DNA of 64,000 nt from Schizochytrium sp. TIO01 (taxonomy: Eukaryota > Protista > Bigyra: Labyrinthulomycetes), in NCBI GenBank assembly GCA_004764695.1, contig SMSO01000014.1, positions 119,648-183,647 of the forward strand. Reading direction: 5' to 3'. Shown here one piece after another: positions 1 to 13,228 of the stretch. Under the pieces are notes generated by a model, which saw only the letters and a list, made by a program, of their open reading frames with translations, was not told the origin of the DNA and ran no database searches. The translations under genes were made by a program, and so were the position numbers. The number at the start of each line of letters is the position of its first letter. Within the stretch, counting starts at the first letter, position 1.

Positions 1-3000
1 CAACAATTAACAACGCAACTGAAAGAGGAGATGCGTGTCCATGAGCTTGTTTTGGAAGGACATTCCACGCAAGAAACAGAAAAGGCGGCGATTGATAGAC
101 TCAGACTGTTTGTTAACAGTATAGACCAGATTTAATGACTTTTTTGAGGAGTTTTCAAAGTGTTGCATGACCCATCTAATCCTGTTACCTCTTCTCAAAT
201 GGAGTAATTTTTATTTCAATAACGGATTTTTTACATTTAATTTAATTTTTTTAAAGGAAGATAATAAGAACAGTGATAGAAAAACATGTAGAAATCACCA
301 TACAGCAGGAAAGTGGATCCTTGTGAGACAATTGTGAGAATAGGGCAAGCTGAGGTTTTTTGGCGCGAGGAAAAAAAGTGACTAACTTCACCCAAAATAT
401 CTTCTTTGTGACATGTGACAAGTTCAAGTTGTATGAATCCTGAAGTTGAGGGTTCCTAGTCAAGGAATTAGGAACCTCCAAACAGGATACCATTGAACCA
501 GCATGCACCCACGACTTGAGTGTATAATCACCACTCATTGAGTATACTATGAGAGGCGTTATTGAACATTTTTGCTTACTTTTGAAAACCTTCTAAAAGT
601 ATACTATCGCTTTCATTGCCAGTCTACCCAAAATCCATTTTTCTGTACCTGCTATGCAGCAAGAAGGCTCACATACCTCACAAAACCATCTCGTTTTTTT
701 AAGAATCTCTTGGGCAAATAACATCGCTTTTAACTATGTTTTTGATGCAACTATTCGCACACAAAGTCAAATCGTTTTAAAAGTCGCAAATCATTTCAAA
801 AAATAAGCAATAACACTTTTGTTGCTTAAGAAACTATGAAATGTGCTTGGAGAATCTGTCCTAGTGGTTTTAGAATTGTGCAAAACACAGTATAATGATT
901 TGTTCCAGCCGTAAGACACTGTCCAAGTCCTTTAATACGATTCCAACGTCTCTCTCTTGCAACCTATCAAAATTGAGTTTTTTGTTATGGATCTGCTCAA
1001 ATATCAACATGAAATGTCACACCTCTCCATTCTTTTAGATATACCGACTTGATGTAGCTTGCGCACATAGACCAAAGTAAAGGAAAGCTGAGCACTTTGC
1101 ACTTCACAGCGCTGGTTTATGCAACTTCGGTATTTAAATTGAACGCTTTCAGTTATACAAGGTTTGGTCAAGCGTTCAGTCTTTGGGGAGAAAGGGGAGA
1201 ACCCTCCTTTAAAAAGGGGCTCTCAGAAAATAGCGATGGTTGCTCTTGGCTATCATTTAGAGCCTACTACATAACATCAGGATAGGCACTTTGATTTGTT
1301 CACCAGCAATTAGTTCGAGGTTTTAGATTGCCGAAAGTTACTTTACTTTTCAATATGATCCAAACGATTCAATACCAGCAATATTCTTCTAACTTATGTT
1401 GGGAAAGGGCGACTTTGTTGCCAAAGAGGTATCGAGAGCTAAAATGGACTTGAATCGACCAAATCTAGATGGGTTCCATTCATCCAGCACTGCAACATGG
1501 ACTCTGAGCAGCTATCTTCGCTTATTCATGGGCATTCATGAGCAGGATTATTTTCATCCAAGTCCTAAAGGGAAGGTTCAGTAGATGATTCCCTCTAGCT
1601 CCAGGTTCAATAAAGCAGCCATTCCACTGGTTTCTGGAGAATGGATTCAATGCAGCGATTTGAGGTGCATCGTTACATCGGCTAGTGCATTGTCCACAAC
1701 ATTGATATGTGGATGTTAAACAGAAGTGATGTGCTCGTGAATTATCGAGCATTAGCATACCAGTGTTGCAGGTGGCAGGCGTCGTCAATAGGCCTGTCTT
1801 CCAATGATCACGAACTTCGGGAAAAAATAAAAACAATTAGGTAGAAGTGCCATAGGTAGTACTAATAGCACTGCTTTCTTTTAAGGCAAGTATGATACTG
1901 GATAACACAGTAAATTAAAAATTTCCTTTCTTCCTCCGCGCCTCCCGCAGTACCTGTAGTACAGCATCATCCACCAGGAGGGCCGAGGAAAGAAATTTGA
2001 AGTATTCACCAATCTTTCACGAGATACCCCATTCCGTCACTACTAGGACCTGTTCATTAGCTTGGAAGAGAAGACTCACGTTTAAGGGTAGCGGGTTTTC
2101 ACCAGCCAGAGCGATTGATCCTTTTACTTCGGTAAAACTAAAGTTAAAACAAATGAGAACGTGCTATCGATGAAATCTATCTCATTAGTACCAAACTTTG
2201 CTGGACAATTGATGGATCTCCAACAAGTACTGCATTTGACCTACAAAAAGTTATAGTAAGGAAGATGGGCCAATTGCCAAAATAATTATTTATATATGTA
2301 TGTATGCATAAGACCCGCTATCGATGACACAAAATTGATGAATAGACGACAATCAGAATAAATGTGCCTGCTTTCTATAAAGGCAGTTATAGCTATAAAC
2401 AGTTTCCACTGGTATTTTCTCTAATTGATTAATTCAGAATTGATTGTCTCTGTTCACTATCACTGGTCTATTCCATGTCTCTGAAGTTTTGCATAGTAAG
2501 TTCATGCTTGGATGCAAAAGTTTCTTGCAAGAAAATAAACTAAGAAAAGTCAGATACACTGGGAAAAAATGCTCATCCTCCCTGCAGTCTCACTATCCCG
2601 TAGTAACCAAACATAGGTTTATTTGCAATCGAGGTTTAACTTGGATCAACTACTAGAGGTCAATTCCTGAGCAGCCAGCGGTCGACTGGGACGATGAAGA
2701 CAAGGAACTTAGAAAGCCTGGTAAGGCTTAAGAACGCATTGTATACTTAGGCGTGTAGAGTTACTAGTCTGCTTATCTCGAAGATGAAAACCCATGTGGT
2801 GGGTTGTTTTCATATTCTAATTAAGAGACGAAGAAAGGCCTCATCTGTATTTACGCAGATCTCAAAGGGTCGGGTTTGTTGATTTCCTCAACCAACAATT
2901 TACGTTGTCCTCATAAGTCTCTTGATCATCATTGAAGAAATATACATCCTTGCAAACTCCGTGCAATGTCTAGTCAAGTTCGGTTCGATCAAGATAGACA

Positions 3001-4250
3001 CTCTTTCTTCGTATTAGGAAAGCTATGGCGTCAGAAATGAGATATTGATACGAATATCTCAAGCACTACAACTGCAATCTTTCTCTTGCCGTATTACCGA
3101 TACATCAAGCATAAGACAAGACCCCAAGCCTCGTGTCATTAGCCTATAATGAAAATTATGTTAAGGATCCGTTTTGCTGCAGGTTGACGTGTAATTTGAT
3201 TAGAATAAAGATTGTTTTTTTCTCCGTCATTCTGGCAGATTATTGCTCATACGTAAACATTCCTTGGACGTACCCCCTCTCCTCTTTGATATAGTCCTTA
3301 TCACTATGGCTGTGTAGGAGTCTTCCTGAAAACTAGATAGCTTCTAACCAACTGTCATTTGGGCTAGCTTATTGAGCGGTTCGATCTTGAACAACTCTCT
3401 CTCTCTCCCCCTCTCTCTCGTCCCTACATACTCCTTGAAAGTTACTAGTTCTCGGAAAAGACCATGGCTGTTCTTGAGTAAAATATATATCCTCAGCTAA
3501 AAGCCTTTTTTCAAAGCATCTTGGATTTGACATGAGAATTACACTCCATCTTGAATCTTTTCTTAGCCAAAATAGTGCCTCTCAAAACGTCATAAATACG
3601 AGAAGTCTCTCTACAACGCCTACTAGCTTCTCGTTGCCCTCATCAAGAGCTTAGAGAACCACTTTACGCTTCAGACACAACGATACTACGGCTGCCTGAC
3701 AGACCATACTTTTCGCACATGTACAGAACTGCTTTGTATCTTGACTGGCGTAATACTTGGATATTCTTTCAGAGAGTGCGTAGAGTAAGAGAATTAACCA
3801 CTACTTGAGTGAACCCACTTCTTTCGTAAGTATTTACATCTACTAGGTGTCGCTTTATCATAAACTTGAAGATCGCAATGACGTTGTTCTTAGGGAAGTA
3901 GTTCGTTGGGAGTAGAGCAGTTGTATTCCTAGTTGTTCCTCCACTATGTTAAATATAGAACAACTTATTGTAACCTGGCCATCTCATATTATGAAATTAC
4001 CAACAGATGCAATCCCGTCCGTGCGATCTTCTTAGTGCGCATACTAATGACCGCGACCTTGCCCCTCCACCATCTTGAGTCTAGATCGCATAATCCCGCC
4101 AACATAATATAAATCATTCCCGCGAGCCTTCTTTCTGGATTGAGTACAACCATTGGAGTACTTTGAGAGGTATTTGTGAATCATAATCTTGGTTGATTCT
4201 AAATAGATTAGCAATTAACAATGTAAACTAGATACAGGCGAGGTCTTTTA
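1..4250. pseudogene. Decayed coding-like DNA of unknown origin
   Basis: No long ORF, but protein-like frames interrupted by stops, e.g. + strand ~2660-3120 reads SIPEQPAVDWDDEDKELRKPGKA*ERIVYLGV*SY*SAYLEDENPCGG... It largely lacks the microsatellites typical of the host intergenic DNA downstream. Family not recognised. Confidence 0.3.
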
Positions 4251-4392
4251 AGTCACTCAGCCTTCGGATACGTTGTTAATTCTGTTTTTCTACTATTTCT
4301 TTTTCAAATAAATAAAATAGAAAATTAATTAGTTGCAAAATAGAAAACAGTGGATTTAAATTTATAATTTAAAAAATTAAAAAGTTAACGCA

Positions 4393-4463
4393 TTCTCCTA
4401 CGCGGAATCGAACCACGGTTGTCAGAGTCAGAGTCTGACATGCTGCCATTACATCACAGGAGA
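4393..4463 (-). tRNA. tRNA-Gln (anticodon CTG)
   Basis: Reverse complement folds as a cloverleaf: TCTCCTG/TAGGAGA acceptor, anticodon arm TCAGA-CTCTGAC-TCTGA, T arm CGTGG-TTCGATT-CCGCG. No encoded CCA; downstream T-run consistent with a Pol III terminator. Confidence 0.92.
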
Positions 4464-4697
4464 ACTGACCCATGATTGTTCGGGAGTATTTTACAAACCA
4501 TACTATCCTTGGGTAGTTGTAAAAAAAAAAAAAAGGACCATGTGTTTTATCGAGCTTGCAAAATTTCCAAGAGGAGCAACTTGAATCTTCTATGACATGA
4601 GCCATTTCATATCAGTAACTAATCCTTTCACTTTTCGAAAGTTCATTGGCTTTGTGTAGAAAAACGAATCTACAAGTAATGCAAATTAAAAATAAAA

Positions 4698-4776
4698 TAC
4701 TGTGAGTGGGACTCGAACCCACGCCCTTTCGGACCACGGCCTTAACGTGGCACCTTAACCGCTCGGTCATCACAGC
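4698..4776 (-). tRNA. tRNA-Leu (anticodon AAG)
   Basis: GCTGTGA/TCACAGT acceptor, anticodon arm CCACG-TTAAGGC-CGTGG, long variable arm TCCGAAAGGG, T arm GTGGG-TTCGAGT-CCCAC; followed by T-runs. An A34 (inosine) Leu anticodon is typical of eukaryotes. Confidence 0.93.
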
Positions 4777-5199
4777 TTGACAGGTTTCTTGAGGTAGTAA
4801 GCACAATATGAAAACTCTGAATAAGTTAATTCAGAAACATACTTTTTTAAATCCTTAACCGGCACATAATCGATAATTTTCGATACGATTTTCTTTTACT
4901 TTTTCTTTTCACTGTTAATAATAATAACAATAACAACAATAATAAATTCAAAAAGAAGGGGTAAAAAAAGATAAAAACAGTATTCTTGAAAAGAAGTAAG
5001 CCTGATCTAAAGTCAAGGGCCAACTTTAAACCTATAATCCATAACTTCAACGGGATATTTCAATTGAAAAAATTTGCCGCTTAGACGTTTTTGTGTTTTT
5101 GGTTGAAATTTAGGGTAAGTTTTGTGTAAAAAGGATACTCAAGCGACTTGGATGCCTTTTTTTTTTAAAATTAAAGGGTAAATGTTCTACCAAAAAAAG

Positions 5200-5271
5200 T
5201 TCCCAATGAGGGGATCGAACCCTCGACCATTTGATTAAGAGTCAAACGCTCTACCGCTGAGCTAACCGGGA
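5200..5271 (-). tRNA. tRNA-Lys (anticodon CTT)
   Basis: TCCCGGT/ATTGGGA acceptor, D arm GCTCAGCGGTAGAGC, anticodon arm TTTGA-CTCTTAA-TCAAA, T arm GAGGG-TTCGATC-CCCTC; T7 run immediately downstream. Confidence 0.93.
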
Positions 5272-5499
5272 TTCCTGAGAAAGGATAGTAGAGCTTTGAA
5301 GCCCCTATCTCCCAATGTATTCCTCATGAGATTGGTGATAATAATATACGTTGTTACTTTTACAAAAATAACGAGAGAATATTTTTTAAAATTGAAAAAC
5401 AGCGCTAGCTTGACTGTATTGAATACTAACATCTGGTTTGCGAATATCAGATCATTTCCCTATCGCACGAAGATCGATTTGTAAAGAAGTTTTAAAAAA

Positions 5500-8400
5500 A
5501 AAATCGTAGAATGATTAAAAACAAGCACACTTGTAAGGTATGTAAATTGCGATCAGCCCCATGCCTACCATCATGTTTATAGTCTCGTAAGGGAAGTAGA
5601 ACTATCCCATGTCACTGCAACCCGAACTAGTACCACGTTTTCTTGTATTTCTTGATCGACCTCTTTCGAGCATGTCCTCAGTATAAAGGGTTATTTGATA
5701 ACATTTTGATTGATTTCATGGGACTTGCTTCTTGCCGGAGGAAACAGTCACAGTAATATTGCTCCTATGATATGGCGCGTGGCTTCCAGAGCTATTCTTC
5801 CCTACCATCAAACATAGGCAGTGTGCATAAAGCTTATCGGGGTTGCCTGGTATAAATAGAAAAAAAAATGACGATAATTTCCAGCATGAAGTATGGTACA
5901 CAATCCAAGAAACTAAATCTCTATACGAGTATTGTTAGATGCTGTAGATCTCGTAAGGTTGGAAGTTTGGGTTTCGCTAGGCGAATGGGAGTATCAAGTT
6001 CGGTCGAGGACTAGACAAATTACGCAAGGTTCTCGATTCACACTATCGGAACATTAAGAGGTTCTCTATAATTATTAAATGCGTCCAACTGAGCGTGTCA
6101 ATCAAGAACTGGCTTCCATGAATGTGAACTACGTTGCGAGTACGGTTGCTTCTATGGGGTTGGCCATTACCCGTTCTGCACCAACTTGCATACCCTTCTA
6201 CTTAACAAGCGAGCTAGTCTTCACACTCTTTGGGGGTGCACAACAATTTCCCATTAAGCAAAGTGCAATGAACCAGAAAATGCAAACGCTCAATTTAGTT
6301 GCCGCAATTTCAAGTGTTGAGACCTTTCTCGAAAACACGGACTCATGATACACTCACCTTAAATACTTTAGTGTGCCCTATGATCTTGATTATGTTTAAG
6401 CAGGACCGTGACTTGGGCGAACCCAGTGCCCCAACATACGACATTACGGTCAATCCCGAAGTCCACGAGGTTTTGCCAACATTGCATAGGCGCTACGTAG
6501 AAAATATGTATGGGAAATCGAATATATCAAGCTACTTAGATACCTAATCAGGGATTATCGGAATGCAGAATTGGCGGCTAGATATGGCGAAGAGGTCACC
6601 GGCGATCTAGATTATTACCTTTGGAGTTATATTCATATAACATAAAAAGATCAAATTGATTTGAAATAGAGAATGAAATTCAGCCATCTCTACCGCATTA
6701 GGGTCAGCGGTACTGTATTGTGAAACGATATACAGATCACCTTGTAGTGGTCGCTTGACTGAACCCGTCGTACCTCCACTAACTTGGCCCTGTTTTGCCT
6801 CTTTATATGGGATGGATGCGAATGAAGCAGAACAAAATCGGTTTGAAAAAAAAACAACAAAAAAACAGAAAAACTTGAATCGCTTGTTTGGCTTTTACGG
6901 AGAGCAAAGTTTGTAAGACGAATATTACCATGCGAAACATTCAGCTCATGTATAACCTATAGGTTCTTGACGCAAGCAGTCAGCAATCCAGGAAGACTCG
7001 GTGTTCTACTGTCAAGCTTTTCTAGAGTTGTACCACACTTGAGAGTTGCAATCATGAACCGAGAGAGGGTAAATTCACCCCCAAAAATCATAAAGGGTAC
7101 GTGGATACCTTAAGGTTCTCTCAAAGGCCCAGTGTACATACTTATCTCAGTGGATAATGATTCTTCCGCGCACTCACAATATTTCTTGCGAGAAGTGGAC
7201 TTCCCGAACTTAATAAAAAGGTCCAAACCACTTTCCATTCTATACTTGATGTAATTGCAGTATCTGATGAAGATATAAGAGCCCAAGATGGATCCCATGG
7301 GAAGGGAAGCATCATATCCTGCACCGAGAGTGGAAGCTGGCGAGTTAGATTATTCCAAACTTGGTTCACATCGGAGTCTCCATCTGAGACATTGTTGACT
7401 ACAAATATGGCAGACAAAATTATCTCTCGGGTTGATCTGCTACATTCACCTATTTCATTGCACCATACGTCTCTAATGAACAAGTATGCTCTTGATCTTA
7501 CAGATAGCGGTATCCTTGTGGTCCCTCTTCTAATACAAGAACGAAGCGCGTTCATAAGAAAATCGTAGAGGACAAACATTGTTGACATTGGCCCAGGTGC
7601 ATGTGCTTGAAATGCATCGCTTACATAAAGCTTCACATTTTCATCGAGTTTGCAGCAATAAGTAAATTCAAAGGAGGTCAAAATACCAAATTCGTTGTTC
7701 GTGGTAATCATGTATCTGACGAGCTGAGATACAGAATCGAGTAAACAAAGGGTCTCCTACTGGGTATTGTATCGGTGCTCTCCTGTACATATTCTAGCAG
7801 TTGGGTAGATCCCTACTTAGCTGTAATGGTGGATCCTCATCTCCGTTAATGACTCCTAAAGGGGCATTATCTATTCCGTAATACGACTGAAAGAAATCAG
7901 GCGGCCCGAAAACGGACGCCAGGCTTGACATCATTTGAAATAAAACGATACTGAAAGCCTATTAGTTTCATTCATTTGGATTGATTACATTGATACAATA
8001 AGGTTTGTGCAGCATGAAATCTTTTGATGTTGTTAGAGGCTATATGAACAAGCTGGTGCCAGTACGCCAACGTAAGGATCCTTTCAGCACGAGAGCTTTG
8101 GTTTGTGTCATTATGCCAAAGTATCTGTTGTACTTTACATAGTCACTGAGGGGATGGTCAACGCTAGAGCTGTAGCACCGCTGAGATTACCAAGCAAAGG
8201 GTCATATGGAGAAGGCATTGGCGGAGTCCTTGGCACATCCTAAATTATTAGAATATATATATAAAGGATAAATGCAAAGAGGATGTGACTCTCAGATCCG
8301 AAGGTGTGAGACCAAGGAAAATCAAGAATGAATCTAGAATACATGATCAAGGAATTATGTAGGGACAACTTAAGATAGTGATTGAGGAAAGCAGCTGATC

Positions 8401-10993
8401 GAAACCCTTGAGTTCTGCGTAATAACAGATGGAGACTATCTTATTTTCGTCATTAGAACATGAGCCAGCCTGCCTGGGTGTTCATCCTTACGGTCAGGAG
8501 ATCACTAACTCAAAAAATCTAAGTAAACAATATCTTTAAAAGTCTTTTCGTGCCCTCCAAGAAACTCCCTGCCTTCATCTTCCTGTCTGCTCAGGGATTA
8601 GCTTTCACCAGGTTATAGGCCCAAATTTTACCTCTTAACTACACAAGATGAGTCAAGAAATTGCCCTGAAGATGTTCATGAGAGCCCCGCCCATCAATCC
8701 TCTTATGCATCATCTTCTTAGTTATTCTTGAGCTCAGCACTCTGCCCTGCAAGCCCTCAGGAAAGTTTTACGCACAGTGGTCAATAACTTAATTCAATTC
8801 AATCCATATCAATACTTGGAATGCAACCAGAAAACTAACTCCCAAAACCCTGGCCTGGTTTTCTTGCTGCTTTGGATGATGAGTTCTAGACGCAAGACCT
8901 CTTACTAGTTAACTTCGAGACTCTCATCTGCGTAGAAATGAAGATATTGATATTGACGTGGCGTTCGAGTCCCATACCTTGTCTTAAACCAACACTCAAT
9001 TGATGGTAGATAGAATCAGTAAAGGTGAGAACTTAATTGTATCAGCAGCACGCACGTCCTTTGACGAGAATTGTGCAGAATGCTAGTTGAGCAATACAAA
9101 ACAACTAGTAGATCAAGACGGATATTGTTACTACCCAATCCATCCAAGACAGGACAGTAGTAAAGAGTTCTGCATGAAATCAAGAAATTGGCATCTAGAA
9201 ACAGTGCCATCCAGAGTATGAACCTATGTTATTAGAATCCAAATCGTACATTTCTTCACCGATTGTCAATTCGGAGACTACAGAGACCAGTCCTTGGCAT
9301 TCCTTGAACATTTCCACCAGATAGCTCCATTCCCTGGAAAAAACATGCACATGTCAACGACTGAACACTCTATGCTGTGTGTAATTTTTGAATCTTACTC
9401 AATCTCAGTTGGCTTAGATCTATCTGGAATTGCTTTACACCTAGACCATAACTCCTCGTTGACATCAGGCCGTCTGAATGTTAGCAATTCAACACGATGG
9501 TAAGTCATCCACGTCAAGACGCGCTCCATGTGTTTAAATACTACCCTATCTTCCTAAATTCGTTGCCTGAGGTAATTCAATGATAAATACATTTTATTGA
9601 ACTCAAATGCATCAACAGCTTGTTATATACAGCATCTGAGGCAACATGGTCACTGGAATTGAGGTTGCATCCCCTTCTATTAGACTAGTCGGTGCCTCGC
9701 GAGTCTTCAACATCGTGGACGTTCTCCCTCTACATGTCACCCACCAAGTCTCTAAGGACCCTGCAACTCTCACAACCCTAAAATTGATATAAATCCTACG
9801 AACTCTCGTTAATCGGATCAGCACCGGGGTTTTTCTGCGAGTCACAATGACTGTCTGGTCCTCTATCACGATTGACCTGCCCATGTTGGATAATGAGTAA
9901 TCCGAGAACATAGCAAGCCATGATAGCTTGTTTCTATTTCGTTTATTTTTAGTCTAAGTTGATATACTTTGGCCAATTGATCGAAACTTTGTAGGTCATT
10001 CTGTGTTGAAGCCATAGGTATCGAGTCGCTCTTCCCAGTTGGCACGCTCCTTTACTATAGACAAAAAAAAGACTCCGGCACCACATTGCCCTGCAAGTCC
10101 TTTCCCATAAAAAGCAATTGACATAGAAAGCTTTGAAAACCTAAAGAAGCTTGAGATGTCTTCACAACATATTCGTCGTCCAGATTTCTTGCCAACATAT
10201 GCTGCTCGAAATAGTCTTAGACAAACGAAATTTCAGATGGAGCCAAACGTAAAAACTCCATATCCATGAAGACTGCTCTCATCCATGTGCAATATGCAAT
10301 AAGAAATATAGAGCAAGGCTAATTGTTGATCTGCAGTTTAGCAAAGGCCATATTTGGTGTTAATCGTTCGCTTTATCTTGAATCCAACAATTCCCTACAT
10401 ACATGCTTCTTGATAAACTAAGATACAATTTAGTCTTTTTCTTTTATCTTCAAAACAGACCGGTTCATCGTACTGCGAAATCCTGGGGTCTAACCGGAGC
10501 TTGGGCTTTTCCTTTTCGCTATCTGGTTTCAAGCGTGTTGCTCTGCTCCTTGGAATACATGGTTGAAATTGGGACTTCCCGGAGTTTGATTGTTGCTTCA
10601 GGTACCAAATGTGCTTTGGCATGAACATCATTCACGTCTCCATGCAAGATGCAATATATTATTCTCTGGTTCGCATGTTTAAAAGGACATCTCTTGAAGT
10701 TTGGCCATGCTTTGGATAGAATATAGAGGTCTAAATTTCATCATGAAAGAGGCTTCGTTGGACAAAATCATTCAAGTAGACTCAATAAGACCAGTCTCAC
10801 GGAACCATGTTGCTAACTTCACTCCTGGATAGAAATAGTGTCAAGAACCTTCATAGCTTCAATGTGAATAATGCTCAGCAGACAGAAATATTGACTACTA
10901 TCGAAGAAGGAACCGGATAGTTTAGCGGTAAGGTAAATGCTAAAGTAGCGATGGCTAAGAAAAGTGAGACAACATTGATTCTAAATAATTAAA
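5500..10993. pseudogene. Decayed multi-gene region (possible old endogenous viral or mobile DNA), left flank of the YR element
   Basis: Fragmented protein-like frames on both strands (6079-6600 +, 9000-9500 -, 10050-10993 +) with scattered stops and frameshifts; no recognisable motifs. Confidence 0.35.
7142..7711 (-). CDS. Hypothetical protein (189 aa), possibly a remnant ORF of the decayed region
   Basis: Longest ATG-started ORF in the decayed zone, with globular-looking composition; no family recognised. Confidence 0.35.
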   Translation of the reverse strand: MITTNNEFGILTSFEFTYCCKLDENVKLYVSDAFQAHAPGPMSTMFVLYDFLMNALRSCIRRGTTRIPLSVRSRAYLFIRDVWCNEIGECSRSTREIILSAIFVVNNVSDGDSDVNQVWNNLTRQLPLSVQDMMLPFPWDPSWALISSSDTAITSSIEWKVVWTFLLSSGSPLLARNIVSARKNHYPLR

Positions 10994-11014
10994 CTATGAA
11001 CACTGTTACATTCT

Positions 11015-12505
11015 TCATTTTCGTTTCCGCAGCCCTTCGTCCGTTCCAGCAGAAGACACTAGAGGGTCTGGCGCTATTTCCTGATGTTGGTGCAATTGTC
11101 TGTTCATGGCAAGAGCGTTTACCAGCCGATGAGCAGGTTCGCCGTCGGATGATGCACCCTTCACCATCCAAAAGTGCACATTGAGAAAGAATTGCAGCAT
11201 CCTTGCATAGGCATGCCTTCTTGCATGTACTGAGAAGAGTTCAGTGTTTTCACTGAGGGTAGTTTCTGGTATCTGCTTTCGCAGTCGTGCCTCGTATTCT
11301 GCTTGCACAGGCTTTTCCTTCGACCACAACTCCAACCCTTTCATCATTGTACCCAAAAATGAGAAGAAGTCAACCAAAGGGTTCATCTTGCGGACATTAC
11401 CCAGGTCCACAAATGCAACACCGTTTACACTCCCAGTTTCTCGATCTCGGCGCAGCATCACGTTATGCACCCAAGCATCCCCGTGACAAATGAGAATAGG
11501 TTCGACGCCGGCAGCGACGAATGCCCCACTAACCTTTTCAACCACTGGCTCGAATCTTTCTGCTGCTACTTTCCCAAGAGGCCCATTGCGGCGGACTTGC
11601 TCTACCGCACCACAAAGCAGGCTTTCATAAGTCGCCTTGATTTTTGCAGCTTCGTCCACGAAGGTTCCCTTGCCTTTATCCGTCGTTGGTGACTCCTTAT
11701 CCACCTTCCTATCTTCCTCCTTGAATAGCCTTGCACGAATACGCCACAATGCAGCATGTAAATCAGCCAATGCACGACTCACAGCTATTCCATCTTCTAC
11801 AGTGATGGCCTGGAGATGACTCTGTGGCACGAACCCGGCAGCAACAAGGTCCTCAAAGACCAGAAAGCTTGGTTTCTCTTCCTCAAGTTTTTTGGCCTCT
11901 TCATCCTGGACGACATTGTCCAGCAGTTGTGGAATCACCAGGAACGTGTCGTCTGGTAGCTGCAAATCACCAGCCTCTTCTGCTGCTTGCCATGCCCGAA
12001 GGACCTCCCGTTCTCGTGCTAGTTGCTTCGATGGTTCAGCCCATTCCACAACAGTGGCTTTCTCACTGGCTTGTTCACCCCGTGCAATCGCTTCTTCTTC
12101 AGTTGCACCTGATGCACGGGCCTCTGCTTCCGCTTTTTCCTTTGCCTCCAGACGCTGACGCTTGGCGGTCTCTTCGACACTCCACGTCGGAAGCGCCTTC
12201 ACAAAAGCAGTGCCCCCTGCAGCAGCTGTTGGGTCCACCACCGGTTGCTTGCCGCGGCCCTTCCATCGCTCTCCGCGGACAAGGAAGCACCTTGACTGTA
12301 GCCCAAGACTCTTGTCCAGCCAAATGACTTCGTCTTTGCCTTCACCAACGTCCAGCCCGAGCAGGCTGATGACCCTTTGGCGTTCGACCTCAGGATCGCC
12401 GTGCAGTGCCTTCATCATCGACTCCATCGTCGGCGGTTGCTCTGGTGCGGCATCGCCACCAACTCCTCCCTCTCCCGCGGCAGCACCTGATTGTGTTGTA
12501 CCCAT
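11015..12505 (-). CDS. APH/choline-kinase/EcKinase-like phosphotransferase, copy 1 (496 aa), predicted N-myristoylated
   Basis: Motifs AFVK, LVFEDLVAAGF, ALADLHA, Brenner motif CHGDAWVHNVML and FVDLG. Most likely start is MGTTQS (MGxxxS myristoylation consensus), ATG at 12505; basic C-terminus LRKRK. Confidence 0.85.
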   Translation of the reverse strand: MGTTQSGAAAGEGGVGGDAAPEQPPTMESMMKALHGDPEVERQRVISLLGLDVGEGKDEVIWLDKSLGLQSRCFLVRGERWKGRGKQPVVDPTAAAGGTAFVKALPTWSVEETAKRQRLEAKEKAEAEARASGATEEEAIARGEQASEKATVVEWAEPSKQLAREREVLRAWQAAEEAGDLQLPDDTFLVIPQLLDNVVQDEEAKKLEEEKPSFLVFEDLVAAGFVPQSHLQAITVEDGIAVSRALADLHAALWRIRARLFKEEDRKVDKESPTTDKGKGTFVDEAAKIKATYESLLCGAVEQVRRNGPLGKVAAERFEPVVEKVSGAFVAAGVEPILICHGDAWVHNVMLRRDRETGSVNGVAFVDLGNVRKMNPLVDFFSFLGTMMKGLELWSKEKPVQAEYEARLRKQIPETTLSENTELFSVHARRHAYARMLQFFLNVHFWMVKGASSDGEPAHRLVNALAMNRQLHQHQEIAPDPLVSSAGTDEGLRKRK

Positions 12506-12703
12506 CCTCCCAGCTAGTTTTTGAAGCACTGCTGTTGCTCGTCAGCTCTGACTCTGCACACGCAGCCACTTTCCCTGTCGTTGGAAAAATAGCGTTCCAA
12601 AACGGTTCCAAAAAAAAAAAGCGAAGAGCAAACTGGGTGAGGAAGGAGGGGGCAAACGAAACAAACATATATCGAAACGAGCCAGCCACCATGAAGGCAA
12701 TCA

Positions 12704-13228
12704 ATGTCAATATACACCAGTGCTACACAGCCAAAGCGAAACGATCTCTACGAAACACCAGTTCGGAGTTTGGATATAATGTTGGAGCATCTTGATCCAT
12801 CGACCCACTACATCTGGGAACCGTTCGTGGGCAGTGGTCACAGTACAAAACATATGCGAAGCCAAGGTTTTCAAGTGACCAACGGGAACCATGTTGACTT
12901 TTTCAAGCAGACTGTGCCAGTGCCACCGCCAGGAATGAAAGTGGTGTTGGTGAGCAATCCACCGTTCAGCATCAAGAGACAAATCTTGAGCCATCTCGAG
13001 TCACTAGGCATGCACGATGTCGCTCTCTTGTTGCCAGCACCCGTGCTCTTCACAAAGTATTTTCATACGTTTTGTCATGACCATCATGTTCAGTTGGTAA
13101 TTCATAGCAAGAGATGCGCCTTTTTGGACCCAGTAACAGGTAAGGCTGGTGGTTCTGCATCATTTGATGTGGCTTGGATTTGCGTTGGACTTGGACTAAC
13201 TCGAGACATCAACTTTCCAACAGAATGA
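12704..13228 (+). CDS. Phage/virus-type DNA N6-adenine methyltransferase (174 aa)
   Basis: NDLYETP, SAM-binding motif IWEPFVGSG, DFF, catalytic SNPPFS and ALLLP, the layout of small Dam-like MTases of phages, large DNA viruses and polinton-like viruses. Confidence 0.85.
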   Translation: MSIYTSATQPKRNDLYETPVRSLDIMLEHLDPSTHYIWEPFVGSGHSTKHMRSQGFQVTNGNHVDFFKQTVPVPPPGMKVVLVSNPPFSIKRQILSHLESLGMHDVALLLPAPVLFTKYFHTFCHDHHVQLVIHSKRCAFLDPVTGKAGGSASFDVAWICVGLGLTRDINFPTE